32,000 nucleotides of DNA from Trichocoleus sp. (GTDB lineage: Bacteria; Cyanobacteriota; Cyanobacteriia; Elainellales; Elainellaceae), in assembly GCA_036702865.1 (NCBI GenBank), contig DATNQD010000045.1:1-32000 (forward strand), written 5' to 3'. Below, one piece after another: positions 31,403 to 32,000 of this stretch. Position numbers and translations under genes: made by a program. The notes beneath the pieces were generated by a model, which was not told where the DNA came from, did not search any database, and saw only the letters and a program-made list of their open reading frames with translations. The first letter of the stretch is position 1; each line of letters opens with the position of its first letter.

Positions 31403-31462
31403 GCCCCCTAAATCCCCCAATTCCAGGAGTTGAATGGGAGTTCCCCAAAGCTAGGAGGGGGC
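31403..31462. repeat. Short GC-bounded intergenic repeat-like element with terminal inverted GCCCCCT/AGGGGGC
   Basis: GCCCCCTAAATCCCCCAATTCCAGGAG...TTCCCCAAAGCTAGGAGGGGGC. The 7-bp termini at 31403-31409 and 31456-31462 are perfectly inverted. The CCCCCTAAATCCCCCAATT type recurs in many cyanobacterial genomes. Confidence 0.5.
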
Positions 31463-31633
31463 TGCATACAGGATGCTGAACTGAATTTCAAGATAGGTGT
31501 ACAAAGTTGCCTCATCAAAGGGGAAGCCAAAGGTAGAGAATCCTCTAGATTTCAAAACCACCTACTTACTCATAGCATTAACAATAAACCCTTCATCAGA
31601 AGGAATCGATCGTCCTGCTCAAACCAGAACACC

Positions 31634-32000
31634 TTATTGAACTGGAACAATCACACCACAGCCAATTCTCGCACCAGCATTGCCGTTGGGTTGGCTAAAA
31701 TCATCTGCTTTTTCATGTAAGACGATCGCTCGTCCAGTAACTGCGTATGAACCATCATTTAACGTCAGATATGGAAAGGTTTGATCGAGAATAGCAGTCC
31801 CATTTGGATCAACTGCGACATTTCCCAAATCTCCCGCATGGGCTTGTTGCAAGCCGTTGACTAATAAATGTCCATGCTCGACCTGATCAGGGTTGAAGTG
31901 ACCACCAGATGCCATGCCGTTTTCTGCACAACTGCCAATTTCATGGATATGGAATCCGTGCTTGCCAGAGGGTACATTTGTGAGGGTTCCAGATAGATGC
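31634..32000 (-). CDS. sodC: Cu/Zn superoxide dismutase, N-terminus truncated by the window edge
   Basis: Reading upstream of the listed ORF in frame gives GTLTNVPSGKHGFHIHEIGSCAENGMASGGHFNPDQVEHGHLLVNGLQQAHAGDLGNVAVDPNGTA...VLHEKADDFSQPNGNAGARIGCGVI, with metal-ligand HxH, GGHFNP and HEKADD motifs. Confidence 0.93.
   Translation of the reverse strand, partial: HLSGTLTNVPSGKHGFHIHEIGSCAENGMASGGHFNPDQVEHGHLLVNGLQQAHAGDLGNVAVDPNGTAILDQTFPYLTLNDGSYAVTGRAIVLHEKADDFSQPNGNAGARIGCGVIVPVQ

Noticed and set aside
31430-31720. Plus-strand 96-aa ORF beyond the caspase gene
   Set aside because: It overlaps the repeat element and the 3' end of sodC on the opposite strand, with no plausible domain.

Overview
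This is a cyanobacterial chromosomal window. It is rich in the HIP1 core CGATCG and shows codon and protein signatures of a filamentous, Leptolyngbya-like or Nostoc-like lineage; the genus is inference. The left third holds a complete phycocyanin operon on the minus strand, in transcription order cpcB-cpcA-cpcC-cpcD-cpcE-cpcF followed by four tandem cpcG-type rod-core linkers. The third cpcG has a C-terminal transmembrane helix, so it is CpcL-like (the photosystem I-type phycobilisome linker). It is flanked by glyQ on one side and a TspO/MBR-like gene on the other. The middle is a housekeeping mix: lipoprotein, VanX-type dipeptidase, REC+GAF-like response regulator, menG/ubiE, DUF445 membrane protein, GAF-GGDEF protein, trpS, EI24/CysZ-like membrane protein, Hsp70-family protein, L,D-transpeptidase, class I/II aminotransferase and a GH1 beta-glucosidase. 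The right end carries a 1780-aa protein with an intact caspase-like domain, a second apparently degenerate caspase-like domain, a STAND-type P-loop ATPase, a transmembrane helix and 14 WD40 repeats. A Cu/Zn superoxide dismutase gene is cut by the window edge. The strongest candidate for something unusual is the caspase + pseudo-caspase + STAND + WD40 protein. Secondary signals are intergenic repeats and hairpins in the cpc operon, a three-copy 9-mer upstream of cpcB, and a periodic LPHWN loop in the EI24-like protein. No tRNA, rRNA, CRISPR array or transposase was recognised.
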